DNA of 64,000 nt from Patescibacteria group bacterium (GTDB lineage Bacteria; Patescibacteriota; Patescibacteriia; XYB2-FULL-38-15). Position numbers and translations under genes: made by a program. Below are positions 10,901-20,278 of this stretch, in pieces. The notes under the pieces are model-generated. The model saw only the letters and a list, made by a program, of their open reading frames with translations. It had not been told where the DNA came from and made no database searches. The stretch's first letter is position 1; each line of letters opens with the position of its first letter. The stretch spans positions 13,284 to 77,283 of the forward strand of contig JBAZEY010000003.1 of NCBI GenBank assembly GCA_041653675.1, in the 5' to 3' direction.

Positions 10901-13900
10901 TCTTAATTTTGGCGGATATTTTGAAGCAAGAGGTGACCATAGCTGGAGCTTCGGAGTTAAGGGATATCTTCCGAATAGTGTTGACGGTAAGGCAGTAGTC
11001 GGACATGCTGCGGAAACGACATCAACAAATTATGGCGGTTGGTTTCAATCAGATGGCGCAACGGGCATTGGAGTTTATGGTAAATCAACTTATACATCAA
11101 CGGCGACTGTTAATTATGGCGGTTGGTTTAGGGCAGACGGTCTGGCGGGTCGCGGCGTTTATGGCGAAACGACCACTGTGGGAGCAACCATTACTCACGG
11201 CGGCGATTTTTGGGCGGCGAGTACGGGGACAAGTACAAGTGGCGCGCGCGGCGTAGCAACTGGCGCTGGAACGGTTTATGGCGTTGAGGGTCTTGCTCAA
11301 AGTACCGGCGCGGTTACAAACTTCGGCGGCTATTTTACTGCTAGCGGTGAGACTGGCCGCGGCGTTTATGGCATGGCTGACAACACTGCCGTTGCGGCAA
11401 CCAACTATGGCGGTCACTTTACGGCCGCGGGTGCAGGTGCCAACACTACAGGCGTTTATGGTGAAGGCAGCAGCTCCGGCGCGGTTACAAATTATGGTGG
11501 TCGCTTTATCGCTGCAGGTGAAACAGGCATTGGCGCTTATGGCAATGCGACTTCAACTGGCGCGACAGTTAACTATGGCGGAAAATTTTATGCTGGAGGT
11601 TCGGGAGGAGCATACGGCGTCTATGGCGAAGCCAACAATGTTTCCGGAACAAACTATGGCGTCTATGGCAAGGTAACTTCTGGTTATGCTGTTTATGGTG
11701 ACCACGGAACAGTTTTTGGTTATTTGGCTGATAAAAATTATGGAGTTTATGGCCAATACAGCGCGACTCAGTTTGGCTATATAGGCGATTCAACTTATGG
11801 TGTTTATGCCCGTGGGACGATTGGCGTTTATGGAACAGACGGAACAAGATATGGACAATTGGGAACGGGAAGTAATGGTGTGTATGGTTATTATGACGCC
11901 ACGCATTATGGTTATATTGGCGGCGCAACCAATGGTGTGTATGGCACTGGCGGCACAGGCGAAGGCGTGCGCGGCGAAGCAACGACTGGTTATGGCGTTA
12001 TTGGTTTAGCTAGCGATACCGGCGCGGTCACAAATTATGGCGGATATTTTTCAGCGGCCGGCGATACTGGTCAAGGCGTTTATGGAACAGCTCCTGACGC
12101 TGGCGCGGTTATAAACTATGGCGGATATTTCTCTTCCGCCGGTACAGGCACCGGCGCGACCGGCGTCCTTGGCACAACTGCTGCCGCTGGTACGGTTTAT
12201 GGCGTTCAAGGAAAAGCGACGAACACGGGCGCTGTCACAAACTACGGCGGATATTTCTTGGCGTATGGCGACACGGGCCAAGGTATCTATGCCGGTGGCA
12301 TGGATACCGGCGCGGTCACAAATTATGGCGGTTATTTTGAAGCCGCTGGCACAACTGGCCGCGCGGTTTTTGGTGCGGCTCTGGCAACCGGAGCGTCAAC
12401 TGCGTATGGTGGATATTTTACATCGGCAAGTGATACTGGCCGCGGCGTTTATGGCGCAGCGACTGATACCGGCGCGGTTGTAAATTACGGCGGATATTTT
12501 TCTTCTGCCGGCACGGGCACTGGCGCAGCCGGCGTTTATGGCACAAGCGCTGCCACGGGAACGGTTTACGGAGTGCAAGGTTACGCTTCAAACACAGGCG
12601 CTTACGAAAATTATGGCGGTTATTTTGTCGCCAATGGCACAACTAGTCGCGGCGTTTATGGTCAGGCCAATACTTCTGGCGCGACTGTAAGTTACGGCGG
12701 TTATTTTTCATCTTCTAGTACTGGCGCAGGCACAGCTGGCGTTTACGGTATAGGCGCCGGCGCGGGTACGGTTTATGGCGTTACTGGTTTAGCTAGCAAT
12801 ACCGGCGCGGTTACAAATTATGGCGGCGTTTTTTCGGCCGCTGGCACAACTGGCCGCGCGGTGTATGGCGAAGCAAGTAGCTCGGGGGCGACAGCGAACT
12901 ATGGAGGTTACTTTACGGCAGCCGGAACAGGTGGCGCTCGAGGCGTCTTTGGTACTGCCAGCGGTGCGAGCGGCACCAATTACGGAATTTACGGCAGCGT
13001 AACTTCTGCAACAGGCTACGCAGGTTATTTCACCGGCGGTTACGGCGTCTACGCGAGTTTGGCGCATATTGCCGGAACCGGAGCGGGCGGAGAAGAGCTT
13101 GACGTGGAAGGACAAATCCAGTTTGATCTTGATGGTACAACCGATACATTAATTGGTGTTTGTAAAAGCGTGGCTGATGGGGCGGGCGTGGAAGCTGATG
13201 TAGAATTCCGTGATTGTACTTCAACGCCTTCCGATATTGCCGAATGGTATGATACAACTGGCACTGAGGCCGGGGATGTTGTTGCGGCAACCGACGACAC
13301 AGTTACTTTCCAAGGTGAAATGTATGATCCATTAACTGGCTTGCCGCTCGGCACACAAGAAACTATTACGGCAACAATTTTGACTCCCTCATCAGAGCCG
13401 TATCAAAAAACACTCCTTGGCGTAGTTTCTACAAACCCTTATGAATCTTTTGGTAAGGGCGTGATCGATGTTTCACATTTGCCAAATCCAATAGCTGTTG
13501 TTGGCCGTGTGCCAACTAAAGTTTCCACTGAAAACGGCGTCATCCGTCCGGGCGATCCGATTACTTCTTCATCAGTTACCGGCGTGGGCATGAAAGCAAC
13601 TAAACCAGGCATGATTATTGGTTACGCGGTTGATCACTATTCTGGCGCTGGCATTGGAACAGCTTTTGTTAACATTAATCCAGGCTGGCATTCTGGTTTT
13701 GCTATAAATACCGACGGAGTGATTTCTTTATTTGATGATGATTTTACTTTTAATACTTCCGGCATAGCTGATGGAATAATTCAGGGATATAATTCCAAAG
13801 GCTTGGCGTTCCGCGGATCTGGTTGGGACGGTGCCGCGGCGCAAAATATAGAAATGAAAATTGGTAACGTTGTTACGGACGCGTCAAATTATAAATTATC

Positions 13901-15230
13901 AGTTCTAAATAATGCGGGAACCGAAGTAGCTTATCTTGATCAGGCTGGAGCTCTTGGACTTTCTGGGAAATTTTATCCTGCCTCGCCGACTGGCGCGCAG
14001 ACCGACGCTTACATTTTTTATCGCAATAACCGCATTAGAACCAACGCCTCTGGGTGGGCGACCGGTTCATTTGATTTTGCGGAAATGTTTTTATCACGCG
14101 AATTATTAGAAGCCGGCGATGTTGTCATCTTGGATGAAACAACAAATGAGTATGTGAAAAAATCGACCGCGGCTTATGATAAGATGGCGCTCGGCATTGT
14201 TTCCACCGAACCAGGTTTTTTGGCCGGAACTAATGTTAATTTTGATGATCCTTCGGCAGATCAAGGTTATCCGATTGCTTTGGCTGGCCGTGTGCCGACA
14301 AAAGTTTCCGCGGAAAACGGACCAATCAGGCCTGGCGATTTTCTTACGACTTCAACTACTTCTGGCGCAGCCATGAAAGCTACGGAATCGGGCATAATCA
14401 TCGGCACGGCGCTTGAAAGTTTTGATGGCCCAGGAGTTGGTTTAATCAAAGTTTTTGTAAATCTTGCTTGGTACAACGTAACCGGAGACGTGACGCCGGT
14501 TAGTGAAATGTCACAGCTCACTCTTTCTGGTGATTTGAATATGAATGGTAATTACATTTTGAATGTTGGGAAAATTGTCGGACAAGATGAAAAATGGAGT
14601 ATTGATGAAAATGGAATTTTAAAAATTAAATTAATCGCGGAAGACGCGACAGAAAAAGAAATGTTTGGACTTTCTTCGGCCAAAGTGGAACTGACTTTGT
14701 CCGGAACCGACCGGCTGGAAAATGGGACCAAGATGATAGATCTCAGTTTAATTGATCCAGAATTTGTTAAAAATATTTCGGCCGAGACGCCGCTTAAAGT
14801 TGTGGTAACTTTAAACGAACAAGCTTATGGAGTCTACGTTGCTGAAAAAACTGCTTACAGTTTCCGCGTGGCGGAATTGAACGCCGGAACTTCCGACGCG
14901 GCTTTTGATTGGATTGTAATTGCGAGACGAAAAGGCTATGATGATCCGCCGCCGACCGAGGTTGCACCTCCAACCGAACCAGCTCCGGCTCCGAGTGAAC
15001 CGGCACCAGTAGAATCAACTCCGAGTGAGCCAGCGCCAAGCGAACCAGCACCGTCAGAGCCTGCACCTTCTGAACCAATTCCGACTGAACCAGCCCCCGC
15101 GCCAACCGAACCGGTACCAACTGAACCAGCCCCCGCCGAGCCGACTCCTGCGCCGACTGAACCAGCTCCAAGTGAACCCGCACCGGCGCCAACAGAACCT
15201 GCTCCAAGCGAACCGGCTCCGGCAATATAA
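7992..15230 (+). CDS. Giant (2412 aa) Gly-rich repeat fibre/adhesin with N-terminal TM, two tailspike-chaperone-like domains and a Pro-rich tail
   Basis: N-terminal TM then LNYQGKL…FSIYD domain; many NYGGYF…GVYG repeats; two D(I/F)AE…GDVV…GxVST…GRVPTKVSxENGxIRPGD…MKA domains; (PSEPA/PTEPA)n tail. Confidence 0.8.
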   Translation: MFSSGGEKPNIKLPSQSGTNLTLLVFALGILSLASIGVMTLSVVKQLRPTAFTAINKQLNYQGKLQNAGGITLADGNYSMKFSIYDDPTVGSRLWTECGTVGTPTARTVAVANGVFSVMLGDTNSNSCPGGTDSNAITLDFNSDSYYLGFTVESDSEMLPRKRLGASGYAFNADLLDGFNTSAAGGSVAFVPVTDASGHLTLTQNLILGGVLKNADGTVGAPSYTFTSDLDTGLYYSATQINIGVGGSTVANVSASGLAVDTVKTLTATTLTLKGTVADGGTAVGATIGSNSTLSTTGAKLASFVNNTTEKAYIDKDGYWNAPNGAAGTPSITFANDKDNGFFYSSANNWRAVANGTAILEFDASGIYVGGSGNIGSGNNITLTLKSFQVDGAANVAVAQDTYYAFVTAGAKLFSWKNHQVEKAYVDYLGSFNAGAGTNLLPAYSFVGDPNTGIYNPSADRVDLVAGGTVQLAITSGTIYFDNMRALNLVSLGLRGAIADGASAIGTKMGNAIALTTAGAKIVSFYNDAWVTEKAYIDKDGNFYGPGANFSGLSVSSAVYTDASKNLTSTAPATGTIGYWSRATTTLSPATANDIVAVTGNSGDLLTLTSTATGASNKALSIAASGATVGTDYGAYISNTGAATTNVGLYTTASGATNNYAAIFDAGYVGIGNTTPTASLTLTQAAGTTGTPSAFIITGGAHTGITAATEDIGVNLNFSANKTWAAGAGPLATQREVVVQAPTYIGDVGGALTMTDAATFYISGAPTAGANMTISNPWALWIDAGNVRLDGNLKVDSLSASSAVYTDASKNLTSTPPATGAIGYWSRTGTTLSPATANDVVNVDSNTVGAAISSTATNSGAVANSGGNFLAAGTSGAMGVYGGASGAGTVYGVYGQASNPGAVTNYGVYGTAAGDTGVGVFGSATDTGAAINYGGYFTAAGTGGAVGIYSEATGTGGAAVSGLASATTSALNFGGYFEARGDHSWSFGVKGYLPNSVDGKAVVGHAAETTSTNYGGWFQSDGATGIGVYGKSTYTSTATVNYGGWFRADGLAGRGVYGETTTVGATITHGGDFWAASTGTSTSGARGVATGAGTVYGVEGLAQSTGAVTNFGGYFTASGETGRGVYGMADNTAVAATNYGGHFTAAGAGANTTGVYGEGSSSGAVTNYGGRFIAAGETGIGAYGNATSTGATVNYGGKFYAGGSGGAYGVYGEANNVSGTNYGVYGKVTSGYAVYGDHGTVFGYLADKNYGVYGQYSATQFGYIGDSTYGVYARGTIGVYGTDGTRYGQLGTGSNGVYGYYDATHYGYIGGATNGVYGTGGTGEGVRGEATTGYGVIGLASDTGAVTNYGGYFSAAGDTGQGVYGTAPDAGAVINYGGYFSSAGTGTGATGVLGTTAAAGTVYGVQGKATNTGAVTNYGGYFLAYGDTGQGIYAGGMDTGAVTNYGGYFEAAGTTGRAVFGAALATGASTAYGGYFTSASDTGRGVYGAATDTGAVVNYGGYFSSAGTGTGAAGVYGTSAATGTVYGVQGYASNTGAYENYGGYFVANGTTSRGVYGQANTSGATVSYGGYFSSSSTGAGTAGVYGIGAGAGTVYGVTGLASNTGAVTNYGGVFSAAGTTGRAVYGEASSSGATANYGGYFTAAGTGGARGVFGTASGASGTNYGIYGSVTSATGYAGYFTGGYGVYASLAHIAGTGAGGEELDVEGQIQFDLDGTTDTLIGVCKSVADGAGVEADVEFRDCTSTPSDIAEWYDTTGTEAGDVVAATDDTVTFQGEMYDPLTGLPLGTQETITATILTPSSEPYQKTLLGVVSTNPYESFGKGVIDVSHLPNPIAVVGRVPTKVSTENGVIRPGDPITSSSVTGVGMKATKPGMIIGYAVDHYSGAGIGTAFVNINPGWHSGFAINTDGVISLFDDDFTFNTSGIADGIIQGYNSKGLAFRGSGWDGAAAQNIEMKIGNVVTDASNYKLSVLNNAGTEVAYLDQAGALGLSGKFYPASPTGAQTDAYIFYRNNRIRTNASGWATGSFDFAEMFLSRELLEAGDVVILDETTNEYVKKSTAAYDKMALGIVSTEPGFLAGTNVNFDDPSADQGYPIALAGRVPTKVSAENGPIRPGDFLTTSTTSGAAMKATESGIIIGTALESFDGPGVGLIKVFVNLAWYNVTGDVTPVSEMSQLTLSGDLNMNGNYILNVGKIVGQDEKWSIDENGILKIKLIAEDATEKEMFGLSSAKVELTLSGTDRLENGTKMIDLSLIDPEFVKNISAETPLKVVVTLNEQAYGVYVAEKTAYSFRVAELNAGTSDAAFDWIVIARRKGYDDPPPTEVAPPTEPAPAPSEPAPVESTPSEPAPSEPAPSEPAPSEPIPTEPAPAPTEPVPTEPAPAEPTPAPTEPAPSEPAPAPTEPAPSEPAPAI
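10560..13060 (+). repeat. Coding tandem repeats, ~27-29 aa unit (A-x-x-TGAVTNYGGYF-x-AAG-x-TG-x-GVYG)
   Basis: Recurrent DNA such as gataccggcgcggtcacaaattatggcgg (~12015, ~12304) and the repeated peptide motif in translation. Confidence 0.85.
14945..15227 (+). repeat. Pro-rich coding repeats (PSEPA/PTEPAPA)
   Basis: C-terminal translation of 7992..15230. Confidence 0.9.
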
Positions 15231-15242
15231 AAAGAATTGTAA

Positions 15243-15316
15243 GCGAGTTGTGCCTTCGGGTACGGGCCATAACTCGTATATAAGAGCAGCTCCCCACCGC
15301 AAGGTGAGGAGTTGTT
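15243..15316 (+). other. Two tandem hairpins (cUUCGg and cGCAAg tetraloops) after the giant gene
   Basis: gcgagttg-tgccttcgggta…taactcgt and gcagctcc-ccaccgcaaggtg-aggagttgt. Confidence 0.55.
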
Positions 15317-15441
15317 GTATTATGTTAGATAAAGGGGATCTCGGAAAAATTTAAAATTATATAGTGATACAAACTTGACTAAAGAATTTTTGAGTATTTT
15401 GTGGTATAATAAATGTGGATAATTTATTTAGTAATCTTCAT

Positions 15442-17829
15442 ATGTTTGATTACAAAGAAAAAAAGATTTCTCGGCAGCCAAAACGCAGAAAAACAAAATT
15501 GCGCCCTCTGGTTTTAATTTTAGGGATTTTTGCCGTGGCAAGTCTTGGTATTATTGCTATTGCCTTGTTGAAAAATTGGAGTTTTCCAGCTTCCGCAGCG
15601 CCAGGAATTTATAAGGTTTTAAATTACCAGGGAAAATTAGAAGATTCAGGCGGAGTTACGGTAGCTGATGGTGCATACAATATTAAATTTACAATTTACG
15701 ACGCAGCCGCGGCAGGAAATGTCCTTTGGTCTGCCCGAGAATCGGATGCTTGCGGCGCGGCTTTTAATCCTGCGGTAAAATCAGTCACAACTTCGCTTGG
15801 CGTATTCTCTACCCAACTTGGTGAGTCGGGTGATTGTCCGTTGAATTTAGATTTTAATAGTGATTCATATTATCTCGGCATAACCATTGGCGCTGATTCA
15901 GAAATGACTCCGAGAAAACGTATTGGCGCGGCCGGTTACGCTTTTAATGCGGATTTATTGGATGGTTTAACCACCTCTCTGGTCGGCGGCGCCTCTTCTT
16001 TTGTTCCCGCAACTGACGCTTCAGGAAATTTAGTTTTAACCGCCAATGTTACTTTTGACACACCCACTTTTTTTCTTGATTCTACTAATGATAATATTGG
16101 TATTGGTACCATTACACCAACCGCGACTCGTACCCTGGATTTAACGACGGCGAAAAAATATGGCATTTATGCCTCCTCAAGCGCGGCCATAAACCACATG
16201 GCGGTAATTTATGCCGAGGCAACGGACACAACAAACGTTGATCAGATGGGCGGATATTTTTCTTCAGCGAGTCCGAGCGGGAAGGGCGTTTATGGGGCAG
16301 CGGTTACAACGGGAAATCCGCTTGTCGCGAACCAGGGAGGATATTTTACCGCGGCTGGTGATTCGGGGCAGGGTGTTTATGGCGAAGGTTCAGCCTCTGG
16401 CGCTGTGACAAATTACGGGGGATATTTTGTGACACAAGGCGATACAGGATATGCAATTAGGGGCTTGGCTATGGCTACGGGTGGCGTAAACTATGGCGGA
16501 TATTTTAGAGCAAATGGTCCGGGCGGCTATGGAGTTTATGGCTACGCGGCGGATGCAAGTGCAGTGGCAAACTACGGCGGATATTTTACGGCAGCGGGTA
16601 CAGGCGCGGGAACAAGCGGTGTTTACGGTTTGGCATCGGGGGCTGGGGCAGTTTATGGTGTTAGAGGAGAAGTTTCAAACGCAACCGCAGTAACAAACTA
16701 TGGTGGATATTTTACCGCGGCTGGCAGTGGAGCTCTCGCGAGCGGTGTTTACGGAGAGGCTACTGCCGCCGGTTCAGTTATAGGTGTTAGGGGTTATGCG
16801 TCAGACCTTACTGCCGGAATTACAAATTATGGCGGATATTTTTCAGCTCAAGGCGGTACAGCCCGTGCCGTTTTTGGTGATGCCACCAATAATGGAGCAG
16901 AAATAAACTATGGAGGATATTTTACAGCGAGAGGAAGTGCTGTTGGCACCTCTGGAGTTTATGGGGAGGCGAGCGCGTCGGCTGCAGTCTACGGCGTTTA
17001 CGGAAAAGCTACTGACACTGGCGCGGTCGCGAATTATGGCGGATATTTTACTGCGGCTGGCGAGGACGGCGCTGCAGTTTATGGCGCAGCTACATCTGCG
17101 GCTGGCACGGCGAACAATGTAGGCGGATATTTTACGGCGGCGGGAGGTGGCGCAGATGCTTACGGCGTTTACGCTACTGTTACTGGGGGCGGCAACAACT
17201 TTGGTATTTATGCAAGTACGATATCAGCTACTGGCTGGGCTGGGTTTTTTAACGGTGGCAGGGGAATTTACGCTCTTCGTTTTTCAATTAATGACGGCAT
17301 CACCGTGGTTGATTATAATACCATTGGTCCGGCCCTTGCAGGTCACGTTGCGGCAGGAGAAATTACCGATCAGAACGATCTTTTCATTAATGGTAACTTG
17401 GAAGTTGACGGTGCCGTTTGGCTTGATGGTGGGCATACTGATTTGGCAGAAATGGTGGCGTATAGCGGAGAGGGTGAAGCCGGCGATGTTGTTGTGGTTG
17501 ATGAAAATAACGATAACTCGGCAAAGATTGCGGCCAAACCTTATGACCAAAGTATTCTTGGTATAATTTCTACCAAGCCGACATTGGTCATCACGGGTGA
17601 TATCACGGAAGGAAAATTAATGGCCGTAGCCGGCCGCGTCCCAACCAAGGTGACAAATATAAATGGAGCAATTCATCGTGGTGACCCGCTCACAACTTCT
17701 TCTTTGCCCGGTTACGCCATGAAGGCAACTGAAGCAGGGCCGATTGTTGGAAAATCTTTAGGTGAATGTGACCAACAAGAATGCGTCATTTGGGTTTTCT
17801 TAAATGTCAGTTGGTACGGAGGAATATAA
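15442..17829 (+). CDS. Shorter paralogue of the giant fibre protein (TM, NYGGYF repeats, one C-terminal chaperone-like domain)
   Basis: Shares LNYQGKL…LDFNSDSYYLG…EMxPRKR…GYAFNADLLDG and DLAEM…GRVPTKV…GDPLTTS. Extended -10 TGgTATAAT at 15402-15410; ATG 15442 preferred over GTG 15415. Confidence 0.8.
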   Translation: MFDYKEKKISRQPKRRKTKLRPLVLILGIFAVASLGIIAIALLKNWSFPASAAPGIYKVLNYQGKLEDSGGVTVADGAYNIKFTIYDAAAAGNVLWSARESDACGAAFNPAVKSVTTSLGVFSTQLGESGDCPLNLDFNSDSYYLGITIGADSEMTPRKRIGAAGYAFNADLLDGLTTSLVGGASSFVPATDASGNLVLTANVTFDTPTFFLDSTNDNIGIGTITPTATRTLDLTTAKKYGIYASSSAAINHMAVIYAEATDTTNVDQMGGYFSSASPSGKGVYGAAVTTGNPLVANQGGYFTAAGDSGQGVYGEGSASGAVTNYGGYFVTQGDTGYAIRGLAMATGGVNYGGYFRANGPGGYGVYGYAADASAVANYGGYFTAAGTGAGTSGVYGLASGAGAVYGVRGEVSNATAVTNYGGYFTAAGSGALASGVYGEATAAGSVIGVRGYASDLTAGITNYGGYFSAQGGTARAVFGDATNNGAEINYGGYFTARGSAVGTSGVYGEASASAAVYGVYGKATDTGAVANYGGYFTAAGEDGAAVYGAATSAAGTANNVGGYFTAAGGGADAYGVYATVTGGGNNFGIYASTISATGWAGFFNGGRGIYALRFSINDGITVVDYNTIGPALAGHVAAGEITDQNDLFINGNLEVDGAVWLDGGHTDLAEMVAYSGEGEAGDVVVVDENNDNSAKIAAKPYDQSILGIISTKPTLVITGDITEGKLMAVAGRVPTKVTNINGAIHRGDPLTTSSLPGYAMKATEAGPIVGKSLGECDQQECVIWVFLNVSWYGGI

Positions 17830-17848
17830 AATTAAAAAATATTTTAGT

Positions 17849-17879
17849 AAAACTCCTCATCTTTTGGTGGGGAGTTTTT
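17849..17879 (+). terminator. Intrinsic terminator
   Basis: aaaactcctcatc-tttt-ggtggggagttttt. Confidence 0.7.
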
Positions 17880-17900
17880 GTTTTTTGGTGTTTGACAAGG

Positions 17901-17929
17901 TTGACAAAATGTTAAAAATATGCTATTAT
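17901..17929 (+). promoter_or_regulatory. sigma70 promoter of the GC-rich gene 18060
   Basis: TTGACA-17 bp-TATTAT with TG extension. Confidence 0.7.
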
Positions 17930-18059
17930 TAATTGTAAAATTAGAGATGGAGATTAAGTGAAATTTGCTTTAAAATAAAGGATAAAGCCAATTTCAGGTG
18001 ACCTTCAACTTTTGGAGAACAACCGTTCCGCGAGAGGGCGGAACAAGGAGGATTTAGTG

Positions 18060-18665
18060 ATGAAGACGACGATGATCGCGATGGTGCTTGTTTCCGTGTT
18101 CGCGACTGGCTGCTGGGATAGCTACCAGAACTACGGCGAAGACACTTCGCCCCTCGCGACTTGCGAGGTCGAGGTGACGACGAACGTGGTCGAGGTGGTG
18201 ATCACGGTGGACGGCGTCGTGATCGGTGGCGTTGCGGAACTCGCGACGGGCATGCACACTTTCGCTGCTACGGCTCCCGGGTATTACCCGGCAAGCGTGG
18301 TTGCGGAAGTAACCGAAGCATGCGCTCCGGTCGAACTCCAGCTCTTCCCGGATCTCGCCGGTGACTACGATCTCGTGCTACACAATAGCATCTATGATCG
18401 GCTGCTGCTCCACCTCGACCAGGATGAGGAAGGCAACCTCGTCGGCTACGACTGGTACACTGATGATCCGGGACACAGCTTCCAGGATTTCACCGGCACT
18501 GTTTCGTTCGATGGAGAAGTTCATCTCCTCTCGGACGATTCGGTCCGGCTGAATCTCACTGGCCGCTGGACTCCTCCGGGAATTGGTGGCGTCAGCCGTA
18601 TCGTCGGCAACTGGACCTCCGCTGCGGGAGGCGACGGAGACTGGCTCGCCGAGTCGCGACCGTAG
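18060..18665 (+). CDS. GC-rich putative lipoprotein (PEGA-like N-terminal region)
   Basis: SD aaggagg preceded by hairpin gttccgc-gagagg-gcggaac; lipobox-like FATG|C; 39/60 G+C in 18181-18240. Confidence 0.65.
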   Translation: MKTTMIAMVLVSVFATGCWDSYQNYGEDTSPLATCEVEVTTNVVEVVITVDGVVIGGVAELATGMHTFAATAPGYYPASVVAEVTEACAPVELQLFPDLAGDYDLVLHNSIYDRLLLHLDQDEEGNLVGYDWYTDDPGHSFQDFTGTVSFDGEVHLLSDDSVRLNLTGRWTPPGIGGVSRIVGNWTSAAGGDGDWLAESRP

Positions 18666-18677
18666 GTTACGACTCGA

Positions 18678-18731
18678 ACCGGCATCTGGCAGAAATCGTG
18701 AAGAACGATTCTGTCGGATGCCGGTGTTTTT
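18678..18731 (+). repeat. Long hairpin/terminator, copy 1 (copy 2 at 20279-20332)
   Basis: accggcatctggcagaaatcgtgaagaacgattctgtcggatgccggt followed by T-tract. Confidence 0.85.
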
Positions 18732-18834
18732 ATTTCAGAAAATCTAAAGAAGCACGCCTTGACTTTTGAGACATAATATATATGATAACGGCATAGATGG
18801 TCGGCTAGAGGTAGCCGACACAAGGAGGAGAAAG

Positions 18835-20184
18835 ATGAAAAAGGGGAACGGAAGGATCAAGGGGCTCTTTTTGATCGTCATCGCGACGATCGCGATTCTC
18901 GCCTATGCCGCTTGTGGCGACGACGAGCAGTTGTGTCCCAGCGCAGGGGACTGCATGGGACGGGAGTGCGGGCCGGATCCGGTTTGCATGACATCGTGCG
19001 GTGCATGCTCAATCGGAGAAGCATGTTCGGCGGACGGGATATGTATGCCGGACTGCGTGTCCAACTGCGCCGGCCGCGAGTGCGGATGGGACCCGGTCTG
19101 CGGCAACATGTCTTGCGGGACATGCCCGGCGGATCGGCCCAACTGCAATGCCACTACGGGGACTTGTTCGACTGATGGCCCGGATTGTCCGGCAGACCGC
19201 GACTGCGCCGGCCGCGAGTGCGGCCTCGATCCAATCTGCAGCGTTTCCTGCGGGACGTGTTCGGGCGGTGAGACGTGCAGTTCATCAGGAAGATGTGTTT
19301 GCGCTCCCAACTGCTCCGGCCGCGAGTGTGGGCTTGACCCAGTTTGTAGCGTCTCCTGCGGGACGTGTTCAAGCCCAGAGACATGCACTCCATCTGGAAC
19401 GTGCAACTGTACCAGGAACTGCGCCGGCCGTGAATGTGGTCCCGATCCGATTTGTGGCGTTTCCTGCGGCTCGTGTTCAGCTGGCTCATGCACCACGACG
19501 GGCACGTGCACCACGTGTTCATCCGGCGCAACGGAGTCGTGCGCCAATCTTTGCGGTTCGGCTGGCACGCGGAGTTGTAGTGTTTCGGGCGAATGGGGGC
19601 GGTGTCAGGGTGGGACTGCTCTGGTTCCTGTGGCTCTTACGGATGACACCTACATCGACAACGACCCCCCAACTGTCAACCACGGAACCGAAGAATTCGT
19701 GATCATAGGAAAGGGCGTTGCCGCTGACCCACGTCGCCTAGCATTCTTCCGTTTTGATGCGGATTTGGATACGTGGCGGGCGGAGGGCGCCACGTCGATA
19801 ATTCAGGCCGACCTGAGCGTATACGTGAGTGACCGCTTAGGCAGTCAACTTGAACTCTATGGTCTCTCAAATACGACCGGTGGTACTTGCGTGTGGAATG
19901 AAGATACACTGACGTATTACACCCAAGTCACCGCAGGAAGCACGAACTGCTATCCGGACCCGCTTGGCTGGGTCTACCCCGACATTTCGATGATTGTGGA
20001 TTACTCGATGGGCTACGTGGATATCACGGCGTATGTCCAGTGGCTTTGGGACGGCGCGGAGAACGACGGCTTCATGTTGACGAACAATTCGGGGAGTTCC
20101 ACTCCGTTTGCACGGTTGATTATCAACAGCACCGAGAATTCCCGGGATCCACCGAGCGTTTTGGTGAGAGTATCCTGCGAATAG
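18835..20184 (+). CDS. GC-rich Cys-rich repeat lipoprotein with DNRLRE/CBM96-like C-terminal domain
   Basis: Promoter TTGACT-16-TATGAT (18759-18786); hairpin then aaggagg; AYAA|C; five CxGRECGxDPxC…SCGxC repeats; DDTYID…FFRFD…NDGF…STEN…P motif. Confidence 0.7.
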   Translation: MKKGNGRIKGLFLIVIATIAILAYAACGDDEQLCPSAGDCMGRECGPDPVCMTSCGACSIGEACSADGICMPDCVSNCAGRECGWDPVCGNMSCGTCPADRPNCNATTGTCSTDGPDCPADRDCAGRECGLDPICSVSCGTCSGGETCSSSGRCVCAPNCSGRECGLDPVCSVSCGTCSSPETCTPSGTCNCTRNCAGRECGPDPICGVSCGSCSAGSCTTTGTCTTCSSGATESCANLCGSAGTRSCSVSGEWGRCQGGTALVPVALTDDTYIDNDPPTVNHGTEEFVIIGKGVAADPRRLAFFRFDADLDTWRAEGATSIIQADLSVYVSDRLGSQLELYGLSNTTGGTCVWNEDTLTYYTQVTAGSTNCYPDPLGWVYPDISMIVDYSMGYVDITAYVQWLWDGAENDGFMLTNNSGSSTPFARLIINSTENSRDPPSVLVRVSCE

Positions 20185-20278
20185 CAGGAGAGCGGGCCGT
20201 GGACGGATTGTCTTAGCCCTCAGTACATAGATCGACGGGTGGCTGAATCTGGGTAGCCGAGTCACGGACGTGACCTAA

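Noticed and set aside
10560-15227. CRISPR-like periodic repeats
   Set aside because: Repeats are in-frame and vary at codon third positions; no unique spacers and no cas genes.
18903-19702. Overlapping ORFs 18903..19568 (-) and 19001..19702 (+)
   Set aside because: Shadow frames of the GC-rich Cys-repeat gene.
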